A stretch of 64,000 nt of DNA from an uncultured Clostridia bacterium (GTDB taxonomy: Bacteria > Bacillota > Clostridia > Christensenellales > Borkfalkiaceae). A program made the translations under genes and the position numbers. Numbering within the stretch: the first letter of the stretch is position 1; the number at the start of each line of letters is the position of its first letter. The DNA is taken from contig CAYLVU010000004.1 in NCBI GenBank assembly GCA_964387225.1, positions 233 to 64,232 of the forward strand, written 5' to 3'. Positions 36,125 through 44,544 of the stretch are shown here, one piece after another. The notes below the pieces were generated by a model. That model saw only the letters and a list, made by a program, of their open reading frames with translations. It searched no databases and had not been told where the DNA came from.

Positions 36125-36616
36125 ATGGTGCGTTATATAAAGTGTCCGCGCTGCGAGCTCAATTATATCGACGCCGAAAAGCAGGAGTACTGCGACGTCT
36201 GCCTGAAGGAAATGAAGGGAATTGCGACGGATATAGACGAAACCGAGGACGCGGAGGAGGATCTTCCTACCGAGCTTTGTCCCGTCTGCGGCGAAAATAT
36301 GATGCATCCGGGCGATAAGATGTGCGAAGAGTGCCGCAAGAAGGCGGAATTCGAAGAAGAGGAGACGGATCCGGAGGAAGACGACGAGTGGAGAGAGTAC
36401 CTCGACGACGATACCGACGCGGAACTTGACGAAGAGATCGGCGAGATCGACGAACAGTTTGACGACGAGTTCGACGACGAAGCGGAAGAAGAAGAGGAGG
36501 AGTTCGACGACGAGGACGAGGAGGAAGACCTCGACTACGTGACGGGCGACGAGATCTACACGCTGTCGGACGAGGGCGACGAAGACGACGAACAGGACGG
36601 CGACGACGATTTTTAA
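36125..36616 (+). CDS. zinc-ribbon protein with an extreme polyacidic C-terminal half (163 aa)
   Basis: Two CxxC...CxxC pairs (CPRC..CDVC and CPVC..CEEC), followed by about 90 residues that are almost entirely D/E. RBS GGGGAGGA. Confidence 0.7.
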   Translation: MVRYIKCPRCELNYIDAEKQEYCDVCLKEMKGIATDIDETEDAEEDLPTELCPVCGENMMHPGDKMCEECRKKAEFEEEETDPEEDDEWREYLDDDTDAELDEEIGEIDEQFDDEFDDEAEEEEEEFDDEDEEEDLDYVTGDEIYTLSDEGDEDDEQDGDDDF

Positions 36617-36719
36617 TCGGAAGACTCACAAAAACCGTACGGAACGGTTTTCGTAACGGCGGGCGGCGGACGCGGAGCATGGCGCGCCGCGCCGCCTTTT
36701 TTTACAAAAAGGGGTAACT

Positions 36720-37451
36720 ATGAAAAAACTGTTCGCGCTGCTCGAGCGGCGGGAAAGAGAGGTCAACTATACCTGCGACGTCTGCGGACGGGAGGTTTTT
36801 GAAAACGAGCGGATCTGTAAAATCTGTTACCCCGTTCTTCCCTGGAACAACGGGGAGATCTGTCCGCTCTGCGGGCGCAAGGTGGGGGAAGCGGGCGTCT
36901 GTCTGGAGTGTAAGGACAAGCCGCTTGCGGTCTTTAAGGCGAGATCCGCCTTTACACACGAAGGGGAGGCGGCAAAGCTCGTTTATCGCTATAAATCGGG
37001 AAGCAGGTTTCTTGCGCGCACGCTCGCGGAGACGATTGCGCCGCTTGCCGAAAGAGAGTTTCCGGACGCGGACGGGTACGTGCCCGTTCCCATGACGAAA
37101 AAGGCAAAAAGGCGGCGGGGATACAATCAGTCGGAGGATTTGTGCCGGGAGCTTTCCCGCCGTACGGGGAAGCCCGTCCTGATTGTTGCGGAAAAGAGGC
37201 GCGAGACCGCGCAGCAGAAGGCACTCGGGCGCAGGGAGAGGGAACAGAATCTGGAAGACTGTTTCTCGGTGACGGACCGCGCGGCGGTGAAGGGGAAGAA
37301 GTTGCTCATTGTGGACGATATTATGACGACGGGCGCAACGGCTTCCGCGCTCGCCTCCCGCCTTTTGCGCGCCGGCGCGAAGGAGGCGGGGCTTCTCACC
37401 GTCGCGAGCGTGCAAAAGAAAGACCCCTTCGGCAAACCGCCGAAGCAATGA
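36720..37451 (+). CDS. comFC: ComF family protein (ComFC-type phosphoribosyltransferase-like)
   Basis: N-terminal 4-Cys zinc fingers and a C-terminal PRTase motif LLIVDDIMTTGAT. Confidence 0.85.
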   Translation: MKKLFALLERREREVNYTCDVCGREVFENERICKICYPVLPWNNGEICPLCGRKVGEAGVCLECKDKPLAVFKARSAFTHEGEAAKLVYRYKSGSRFLARTLAETIAPLAEREFPDADGYVPVPMTKKAKRRRGYNQSEDLCRELSRRTGKPVLIVAEKRRETAQQKALGRREREQNLEDCFSVTDRAAVKGKKLLIVDDIMTTGATASALASRLLRAGAKEAGLLTVASVQKKDPFGKPPKQ

Positions 37452-37648
37452 ACGATCGAAATTTTTTGAATTTGCGGACGGAGAAGACGGCGCGCACCGA
37501 TTTTTTTTGTTTCATCATATTCGTCCGCTTTTCGCCATAAATATAAATGAAGGTAAACCAAGGAGGAGTTCGACGAAAAAAGCGCAATTTCGGCAGAAAT
37601 CCTTAATTTTTTTTTGCGCGGATATTTTATCATGGGTAAGGTGATGAA

Positions 37649-38431
37649 ATGCGGTTTATCACGGTTCGGCTGAAATCCGTCGTCATGGCGTTGGCGTTTG
37701 TTTTATCGGCGGTCATCGGCGGTTTTGCGGCGGGCGCCGCAGGCGCCGCCGAAGTGTTTTGGAGCGGGAGCCGCTCTCTTCCCATCTACTGCGTGGACAG
37801 GGACGACAACAAGATCGCCGTTTCGTTCGACTGCGCCTGGGGCGCGGAACACACGGACGCCATTCTTGAAAATCTTGCGCAGGCGGGCGTGCGCGCCACC
37901 TTCTTTGCCGTTCAGTTCTGGGCGGAGAGCTTTCCGGAATTTCTCGAAAAATTAGACGCGGCGGGGCACGAAATCGGCACGCACAGCGCGACGCACTCCT
38001 ATATGAGCAAGCTCGGCGAGAGCGAAATCAGGGCGGAGCTGGAGTCCTCATCGGCGGCGATCACCGCCGTTACGGGAAAGGAGGTCACGCTCTTCCGTCC
38101 GCCCTACGGCGATTACGACGATCTGCTCATCGACACCTGCAACGCAATGGGGCTCTACCCCATTCAGTGGGACGTGGATTCCCTCGACTGGAAGGATTTA
38201 TCCGCGGCGGACATTGCCGAGAGGGTCGTTTCCCGCGCGAAGAGCGGGTCGATTATCCTCTGTCACAACAACGGACTGCATACGGCGGAAGCGCTTCCCG
38301 TCATCATCGACAGTCTGCGCGCAAAGGGCTTCGAATTCGTGCCGATCGGCGAGCTGATATACCGCGAAAATTACACGCTCGACAATACGGGCAAGCAGAT
38401 ACCAAACGGCTCTGTTCAGGAAATAAGTTAA
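37649..38431 (+). CDS. polysaccharide deacetylase (NodB domain, PdaA/PdaB-like), membrane anchored
   Basis: N-terminal hydrophobic anchor. Motifs include VSFDCAWG, ATFF, GHEIGTHSATH, LFRPPYG and ILCHNN. Confidence 0.85.
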   Translation: MRFITVRLKSVVMALAFVLSAVIGGFAAGAAGAAEVFWSGSRSLPIYCVDRDDNKIAVSFDCAWGAEHTDAILENLAQAGVRATFFAVQFWAESFPEFLEKLDAAGHEIGTHSATHSYMSKLGESEIRAELESSSAAITAVTGKEVTLFRPPYGDYDDLLIDTCNAMGLYPIQWDVDSLDWKDLSAADIAERVVSRAKSGSIILCHNNGLHTAEALPVIIDSLRAKGFEFVPIGELIYRENYTLDNTGKQIPNGSVQEIS

Positions 38432-38451
38432 GGAAAAACACGGAGGTATAT

Positions 38452-39135
38452 ATGGATTACGGTCTGGAAAAGAACAACAAGGTCTACCTTATGGGAGAAA
38501 TCGTGAGCGAGGCAACGTTCTCTCACGAGGTGTACGGCGAAGGATTTTACGAATTGTTCGTGAAGGTCATGCGGCTCTCGGGGCAGGCGGATATTCTTCC
38601 CGTCACCATATCCGAAAGGCTCATTCAGGGAAACGATTTGAAAATCGGCAGCGTGATCTGCGCGCTCGGACAGTTTCGCAGCTACAACAAACTGGAAAAC
38701 GGAAGATCCCGTCTCATGCTCACGGTGTTCGTGCGCGAGCTCGCAGAGGAGACGGCGGGGCGCAATCCCAACAGCATCGTTCTCTCCGGTTATATCTGCA
38801 AACAGCCCGTCTACCGCACGACGCCCTTCAACCGCGAGATCGCCGATCTCCTTTTGGCGGTCAACCGCGCCTATAACAAGTCGGATTATATCCCCTGCAT
38901 TGCCTGGGGGAGAAATGCCCGTTTTGTGCAAAACCTCAAGGTGGGCGACAGGATCGCCCTTTCGGGAAGAATCCAGAGCAGGGAATACCAAAAGCGCATT
39001 TCGGAGACGGATGCCGTCACCATGACCGCGTACGAAGTCTCTATTTCCAAGCTGGCGGCGTTCGACGACGGGGAAAATTTCGACCTCGACGGCGAATTCG
39101 ATCTCTATGCCGTGCCTTCGGACAGTGTGAGCTGA
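38452..39135 (+). CDS. SSB-like protein with two tandem OB folds (227 aa)
   Basis: Start at ATG 38452 after RBS GGAGG. It has two SSB-like halves (NKVYLMGEIV...QFRSYN and NSIVLSGYIC...RIQSREYQ) and an acidic C-terminus (DDGENFDLDGEFDLY). Confidence 0.6.
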   Translation: MDYGLEKNNKVYLMGEIVSEATFSHEVYGEGFYELFVKVMRLSGQADILPVTISERLIQGNDLKIGSVICALGQFRSYNKLENGRSRLMLTVFVRELAEETAGRNPNSIVLSGYICKQPVYRTTPFNREIADLLLAVNRAYNKSDYIPCIAWGRNARFVQNLKVGDRIALSGRIQSREYQKRISETDAVTMTAYEVSISKLAAFDDGENFDLDGEFDLYAVPSDSVS

Positions 39136-39160
39136 ACGCGAAACAGATTTGCCTCCGAAA

Positions 39161-39216
39161 ATTCAGATAAGCGCGCCTGCCTTTCATACAAGGCAGGCGC
39201 GCTTATCTGAATTTTT
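39161..39216 (+). terminator. intrinsic terminator with an unusually long 21-bp perfect stem
   Basis: 39161-39181 is the exact reverse complement of 39192-39212, with a 10-nt loop and a T-run following. Confidence 0.75.
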
Positions 39217-39335
39217 AAGATCTGTACGGCGGGAACCATGGCGTGCACGGGGAATCGATTCGCCCGTTTTGACGGCGTCGCTCCCGAAAACCCGTTGAGC
39301 GCGGCAGGACGGTAAATTTCCATGATCGGACAAAG

Positions 39336-39364
39336 AAAAAAGCGAAGACGGATCTTCGCTTTTT
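39336..39364. terminator. bidirectional intrinsic terminator (serves glyQS on the minus strand)
   Basis: AGCGAAGA (39341-39348) pairs with TCTTCGCT (39353-39360), flanked by A5 and T5. Confidence 0.7.
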
Positions 39365-39392
39365 ATCGGATCGTGAGCGGCCTTTTTGCGCC

Positions 39393-40769
39393 TTAAAAGA
39401 GGATTTTTTCGGAAATGTAGGCAATTACGCCGTCGGCGTCGAGACGGATCTGCTCCATGCTGTCGCGGTCGCGCACGGTCACGGTGCCGTTTTCGAGGGT
39501 GTCGAAGTCGATCGTGATGCAGAAAGGGGTGCCTATTTCGTCCTGGCGGCGGTACCGCTTTCCAATCGAGCCCGCCTCGTCGTAGGTGACGGGGAAGCGC
39601 TTTTTCAGTTTTGCGAGGAGCTCCTTCGCCTGCGGCGCGAGATTTTTCTGTAAAGGCAGAACGGCAGCCTTGTACGCCGCGATTGCGGGATGAAAGCGCA
39701 TTACGTTTCTCACTTCGCCGTTTTCGAGCGTCTCTTCGTCGTACGCTTCGGCGAGCACGGCGAGCATGAGACGGTCTGCCCCGATTGAGTACTCGATGAC
39801 ATAGGGAATATAGCGGTCGCCGTTGACGGGATCGACATAGGTCATCGTCTTGCCCGAAAATTCCTGATGGCGGGAAAGATCGTAGTCCGTGCGGTTGTGG
39901 ATGCCGTTGAGTTCCGACCAGCCCATGGGATATTCGTACTGGATATCGCACGCCGCGCGCGCGTAGTGCGCCAGTTTGTCGTGATCGCGGAAGCGGAGGT
40001 GCTCGGGATTGAAGCCGAGGTCGAGCAGAAACTGCATTGCGCGCCGTTTATAGCTCTCGTAATACTCGCCGTCCGTGCCCTCTTTGCAGAACCACTGGTG
40101 TTCCATCTGTTCGAACTCGATCGTGCGGAAGATGAAGTTGCCGGGGGTGATTTCGTTGCGGAACGCCTTTCCGATCTGCGCGATGCCGAAGGGGACTTTG
40201 GCGCGGGTGGTGCGCTGTACGTTCAAAAAATTTACGAATTCGCCCTGCGCGGTTTCGGGACGGAGATAAATTTTGTTCTGGCTTTCGTCGGTCACGCCGC
40301 GCGAGGTCTCGAACATGAGATTAAAGGTTCTTATGGGCGTCCAATCGAAGCCGCCGCAGTTGGGGCAGTGCACCTCGTGCTCGCCGATATACGCCTCCAT
40401 CTCCTCGTTCGTCATGAGATCGGGGTTGACCGCGCCCTTGCTGTGCGCCTCGATGAGATTGTCGGCGCGGTGACGGGTCTTGCACTTCTTGCAATCCATT
40501 TTCGGGTCGGAAAAGGAGGTGGTGTGACCGCTCGCCTCCCACACGCGGGAATTCATGAGAATCGCGGCGTCAAGCCCGTAAGTATTTTCGCTCTCCTGTA
40601 CGAAGCGTTTCCACCAGGCGCGCTTGATGTTGTTTTTGATCTCCACACCTACGGGACCGTAGTCCCAGGTATTGCCCATGCCGCCGTAGATCTCGCTTCC
40701 GGGGAAGACAATGCCCCGCGCCTTGCAGAGCGAAACGAGCTTGTCCATTGTGACCGCTCTCTTTGCCAT
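39393..40769 (-). CDS. glyQS: glycine--tRNA ligase (single-chain GlyQS type)
   Basis: Start set at ATG 40769 (MAKRAVTMDKLVSLCKARGIVFPGSEIYGG) after RBS AAGGAGA. Full-length class II GlyRS. Confidence 0.93.
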   Translation of the reverse strand: MAKRAVTMDKLVSLCKARGIVFPGSEIYGGMGNTWDYGPVGVEIKNNIKRAWWKRFVQESENTYGLDAAILMNSRVWEASGHTTSFSDPKMDCKKCKTRHRADNLIEAHSKGAVNPDLMTNEEMEAYIGEHEVHCPNCGGFDWTPIRTFNLMFETSRGVTDESQNKIYLRPETAQGEFVNFLNVQRTTRAKVPFGIAQIGKAFRNEITPGNFIFRTIEFEQMEHQWFCKEGTDGEYYESYKRRAMQFLLDLGFNPEHLRFRDHDKLAHYARAACDIQYEYPMGWSELNGIHNRTDYDLSRHQEFSGKTMTYVDPVNGDRYIPYVIEYSIGADRLMLAVLAEAYDEETLENGEVRNVMRFHPAIAAYKAAVLPLQKNLAPQAKELLAKLKKRFPVTYDEAGSIGKRYRRQDEIGTPFCITIDFDTLENGTVTVRDRDSMEQIRLDADGVIAYISEKILF

Positions 40770-40800
40770 ATCGTTCTCCTTCAAAGTGTCGTTCTTACCT

Positions 40801-40829
40801 ATTCTATCTTTTCGGGCGTTCGAAGTCAA
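40801..40829 (-). promoter_or_regulatory. sigma-A promoter of glyQS (short leader, no T-box)
   Basis: Minus strand reads TTGACT (40829-40824), 17 nt, TAGAAT (40806-40801). Confidence 0.55.
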
Positions 40830-40955
40830 GTAATTTCCGCGCTTTCAAAAATTTTTATAATCGACCTTCAAAAAGTATCATTTTCGGGAAGAATATGGTA
40901 TAATACAGGCGGAAGATTAAAATGTACAAAAGCGCAGGGCGCAAAAGGAGCAATC

Positions 40956-42581
40956 ATGGCGGAAGCGGCAAATTTTATAGAACAGTTTATCGACGAGGAT
41001 CTTGCCGCGGGCAGAGTGAAGGAAATCCAGACCCGATTCCCGCCCGAGCCCAACGGATATCTTCATATCGGGCACGCAAAGAGCATGTTCGTCAATTTCG
41101 GGACGGCGGAAAAATACGGCGGGAAATGCAATCTCTTTTTCGACGACACCAATCCCTCCAAGGAGAAGACGGAGTTCGTAGACGCGATCCGCCGCGATAT
41201 TCTTTGGATGGGTTACCGTTGGGAGAAGGAGGTCTACGCGTCCGACTTTTTCGATATCATTTACGAGTACGCGGAAAGGCTCATACGGGAGGGGAAGGCG
41301 TTCGTGTGCGATCTCTCTGCGGAGGAGATCAAGGCCACGCGAGGCACGCTCACCGAGGCGGGTACGGAGAGCCCGTACAGAGACAGAACGCCCGAAGAGA
41401 ATCTGCGGCTTTTCCGTGAAATGCGGGACGGAAAGTATGAGGACGGAGCGCGCTGTCTGCGCGCGAAAATCGATATGTCCTCCCCCAATCTGAATATGCG
41501 CGATCCCGTCATATACAGGATTCTGCACGCTTCCCATCACCGCACGGGGGACAAATGGTGCATCTATCCCATGTACGATTACGCGCATCCCGTCTGCGAC
41601 TACCTGCAGGGGGTGACCCATTCGCTCTGCACCCTCGAATTCGAAGACCACCGTCCTCTGTACGACTGGGTGGGGATCTCGTTGGGCTTCGCGCCCAAAC
41701 CCCGCCAAATCGAGTTTGCCCGTCTCAACGTGACCAACCTCGTCATGAGCAAGCGGTATCTCAAAAAGCTCGTGGAAGAGGGCGCCGTTCACGGTTGGGA
41801 CGATCCCCGTATGCCGACGCTGGCGGGGCTCAGAAACCGCGGCGTTCCCGCCGAGGCGGTGCGCGATTTCTGTCTGCGGATCGGCGTCGCGAAGGCGAAT
41901 TCCGAATGTGAAATCGGGTATTTCGAGGCGGTCGTGCGCGACTATCTGAACGCCCGCGCGCCCCGCGCCATGGCGGTCGTCGAGCCCCTGAAACTCACGA
42001 TCACCAATTACGAGGGCAGCGAGGAGATCGACTTCGAAATCAACCAGACCGACCCCGAAGCGGGAACGAGAAAGGTTCGGTTCGGCGGGGAGCTCTATAT
42101 CGAACGGGGGGATTTCTCCCTCGATCCGCCGCCCAAATACCACCGTCTCAAGATCGGCGGGTATGCGCGGCTGAAAAACGCCTATATCGTCCGCTGCGAC
42201 GAAGCGGTGCGGGACGGAGAGGGCAACGTGACCGAGATCAGGTGCACCTATTTTCCCGAGAGCAGGAGCGGCGCGGATACGAGCGGGATCAAGGCGAAGG
42301 GCGTCCTGCACTGGGTGAACGCGCGGACCTGTGCGGACGCGGAACTGAGAAAATACGATCATCTTTTGCGGGATGCGGACTATGCGGGACAGGATTTTTC
42401 CGAACGCATGAACACGGAGAGCGAGCATATCTTTGCCGCGAAAGCGGAGCCCCATCTTCTCCTTGCGGCAGAAGGGGAGGCGTTCCAGCTCATGCGCACG
42501 GGATACTACAAAAAATGTACGGAAGGAGGAAAGCTTGTCCTTTCGGAGATCGTGTCCTTAAAGGATAATTTCAACAAGTAA
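40956..42581 (+). CDS. glnS: glutamine--tRNA ligase
   Basis: Start at ATG 40956 after RBS AAAGGAG. Motifs RFPPEPNGYLHIGHAKS and VMSKR. The 541-aa length is typical of GlnRS. Confidence 0.9.
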   Translation: MAEAANFIEQFIDEDLAAGRVKEIQTRFPPEPNGYLHIGHAKSMFVNFGTAEKYGGKCNLFFDDTNPSKEKTEFVDAIRRDILWMGYRWEKEVYASDFFDIIYEYAERLIREGKAFVCDLSAEEIKATRGTLTEAGTESPYRDRTPEENLRLFREMRDGKYEDGARCLRAKIDMSSPNLNMRDPVIYRILHASHHRTGDKWCIYPMYDYAHPVCDYLQGVTHSLCTLEFEDHRPLYDWVGISLGFAPKPRQIEFARLNVTNLVMSKRYLKKLVEEGAVHGWDDPRMPTLAGLRNRGVPAEAVRDFCLRIGVAKANSECEIGYFEAVVRDYLNARAPRAMAVVEPLKLTITNYEGSEEIDFEINQTDPEAGTRKVRFGGELYIERGDFSLDPPPKYHRLKIGGYARLKNAYIVRCDEAVRDGEGNVTEIRCTYFPESRSGADTSGIKAKGVLHWVNARTCADAELRKYDHLLRDADYAGQDFSERMNTESEHIFAAKAEPHLLLAAEGEAFQLMRTGYYKKCTEGGKLVLSEIVSLKDNFNK

Positions 42582-42597
42582 AGAGGGGGGGGAAGCC

Positions 42598-43686
42598 ATG
42601 TCCACGGGATTGCTTGCAACGGAACTCACGACGGGAGGACTTGTGGCCGCCGTCGTTTTCGGCGCGCTTGCCGCGGTCTCTCTCGTATACGGGCTCATCA
42701 AAAAGTTCTCGCGTATGAGCTGGAGCGGCTGGCAGATCCTCATTCTCTTCGCGCTCTGTATGCTGTTCGGGTACGTGCCCGAAGACGGGAACAAAACGCT
42801 GTGGTTCGCGCTTGCCATAGGGTTGTTTTTCGGAGCGTCGGCGCTCCTCTTCGGGCTCGGCGGTTTGGTGCGGCGGGCGATCCGCAACCACGGCAAGTTC
42901 GGACACGGCTTCAACGCGTTGGACCGCATTGCGGGTGCGCTTACGGCGCTTCTCGACTGGGCGATGTTTGCGGCGGCAATCGGCGGGTTTGTGCTCGCCT
43001 TTCTGGAAAACGGCGGTTACGCCGCCGAATTGATTGCACCCGTGACGCAGAGCGGCGTCTGGGCGGTGTTCGGAAAATATGCCGCCGATCTCATTTTGAT
43101 TTCCTTTCTCGTCCTCTTCACCAAGGGAGGCTATCGGCTCGGACTGGCGAAACTGCTGTGGACAGCGCTCGTCCTCATACTGTCCTTCGGGGCGGTCGTC
43201 GGCGCGGTCGTTCTCACCTTCCGCTGGAGCTTTTTGCGGGGGCTTGCCGCCTCCATCGGAGCCTCGCTGGCGGGCGACGCGATTTCCGCCGCGCTCATCG
43301 GCGGGATCATCACCGTAGCGATCGTCGCCGCGGTCTTCTTCCTCGTGATCGTCGCGATCTGCCTCATCGTCAATCTCATCGTCAAAAAACTCAACCGCCA
43401 TACTGCGTTCAACGTCGTTGACGGCATTTTCTGCGCCGTAATCGCCGCTCTCTTCGCGCTCGCAATCGCGCTCGGCTTCGGGCTTGCGGTGAACGCGGCG
43501 GCGGGCATCGATTTTTCCTCCCTGCTCTCCTCCCTGCCCTCTTCGCTCGACCCTGCGGCGTACGAGGAGATCGCAAAGTCCGTTCATGCGGTCTTTACGG
43601 GGCTCGCGCAGACGCTCGCTTCCTCGCCGTTCAGCCGTCTGCTGCACGCCTATAATCCCCTGCTCGCCCTCGTTCTTCCTGCATAA
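42598..43686 (+). CDS. polytopic membrane protein of unknown function with two CvpA-like segments (362 aa)
   Basis: About 9-10 hydrophobic helices. Two segments (LDRIAGALTALLDWAMF and FNVVDGIFCAVIAALFA) resemble the CvpA motif. RBS with a G8 run. Confidence 0.6.
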   Translation: MSTGLLATELTTGGLVAAVVFGALAAVSLVYGLIKKFSRMSWSGWQILILFALCMLFGYVPEDGNKTLWFALAIGLFFGASALLFGLGGLVRRAIRNHGKFGHGFNALDRIAGALTALLDWAMFAAAIGGFVLAFLENGGYAAELIAPVTQSGVWAVFGKYAADLILISFLVLFTKGGYRLGLAKLLWTALVLILSFGAVVGAVVLTFRWSFLRGLAASIGASLAGDAISAALIGGIITVAIVAAVFFLVIVAICLIVNLIVKKLNRHTAFNVVDGIFCAVIAALFALAIALGFGLAVNAAAGIDFSSLLSSLPSSLDPAAYEEIAKSVHAVFTGLAQTLASSPFSRLLHAYNPLLALVLPA

Positions 43687-43707
43687 CCGACTCTCCGACG
43701 GGGTATA

Positions 43708-44100
43708 ATGTGGGTAGGAGAAGGGAGTTTGGACAGACGAACGGACAGATTGCTTTTCGAGATCAACGCGCTCTGTGCGGGCGGAAGTTACCGCGTCGTG
43801 GACGAAGGAGAGCTTTTAAGCTGTTTTCCTCCCGGGGACGGCGTGGACGGCGCCTGCGTGAAGAGCATGCTCGACTATCTCTGCGGAGGGAGGTATATCG
43901 ATCTCGAATATGCCGAGGAGGGGGTTTACTGCATACGCCCCCTGCCCGAAGGGCGGCTGTATTTCGAGCGCGCCGGCGAACGGCGGAAAGAGAGCGGGCG
44001 CGCACTGCTTCGAACCGTCCTCGTATCGGCGCTTTCCTCCTTTTTCGGCGGCGCACTGGGTGCGTTTTTCGCCCTTTTGCTGTCCTCTCTCCTCGGGTAG
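43708..44100 (+). CDS. hypothetical small protein: soluble N-domain plus Arg-rich linker plus one C-terminal TM helix
   Basis: ORF track; paralogous to the next gene. An alternative start is TTG 43729, preceded by AGGAGAAGGGAG. Confidence 0.55.
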   Translation: MWVGEGSLDRRTDRLLFEINALCAGGSYRVVDEGELLSCFPPGDGVDGACVKSMLDYLCGGRYIDLEYAEEGVYCIRPLPEGRLYFERAGERRKESGRALLRTVLVSALSSFFGGALGAFFALLLSSLLG

Positions 44101-44103
44101 GGT

Positions 44104-44475
44104 ATGGGAAACGAAAAACTCAGTAAACGCGAAAACGAGGTCATGGGCGCAGTCTATACGCTTTCGGGCGGGAAGGAACGCTTTCTCGTTTCGCCGTACG
44201 AAATTCTTTCCCTTCTGCCGCCGCGCGCCGACTACGGCGAGGAAATGCTGTGCCGCGTGCTGCGCGCGCTCGAGCTCGACGGATATTTCGTGCTCATCGA
44301 GACCGAACGCAAGGGGGAAAGAATGTTCGTCGTGCACATGAAGGAGGCGGGGCTCTCCTTTCTGCGCAGCGGCGTTCGGCGGCGCAGAACGCTTTTGTTC
44401 CGCTTCGGCGTGGCGTTGCTCTGCGGCGTGCTCTCCGCTTTGGCGGGAATTCTCATAAAACACATTTTGCCGTGA
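44104..44475 (+). CDS. hypothetical small protein, paralogue of 43708-44100 (winged-helix-like N-domain plus C-terminal TM helix)
   Basis: Same architecture as the previous gene and alignable by eye (..SGGKERFLVSPYEILSLLPP.. with ..AGGSYRVVDEGELLSCFPP..). Confidence 0.55.
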   Translation: MGNEKLSKRENEVMGAVYTLSGGKERFLVSPYEILSLLPPRADYGEEMLCRVLRALELDGYFVLIETERKGERMFVVHMKEAGLSFLRSGVRRRRTLLFRFGVALLCGVLSALAGILIKHILP

Positions 44476-44544
44476 AAACCGTTGACAAAGGGCGACGGTT
44501 TTGCTATAATTTTCACAAACGAATGTTTGACAATTGTGGGATTT

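Noticed and set aside
37536-37595. A 19-codon mini-ORF (MKVNQGGVRRKKRNFGRNP) and a stray AAGGAGG in the comFC-deacetylase gap.
   Set aside because: The ATG has no RBS, and the AAGGAGG is not followed by a start codon at a usable distance. There is no supporting evidence.
39867-40955. The N-terminal 363 codons of the 904-aa ORF that contains glnS.
   Set aside because: This part is antisense to glyQS. The GlnRS homology and a good RBS begin at ATG 40956.
40770-40955. Expected T-box leaders upstream of glyQS or glnS.
   Set aside because: The divergent intergenic region is only 186 nt and both promoters leave short leaders. No T-box sequence (GGTGGTACCGCG-like) is present.
43704-43709. A TATAAT hexamer overlapping the ATG at 43708, considered as another leaderless promoter.
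   Set aside because: The -10 overlaps the start codon itself, so it cannot drive a leaderless transcript beginning at that ATG. No -35 was found. The true start may be TTG 43729.
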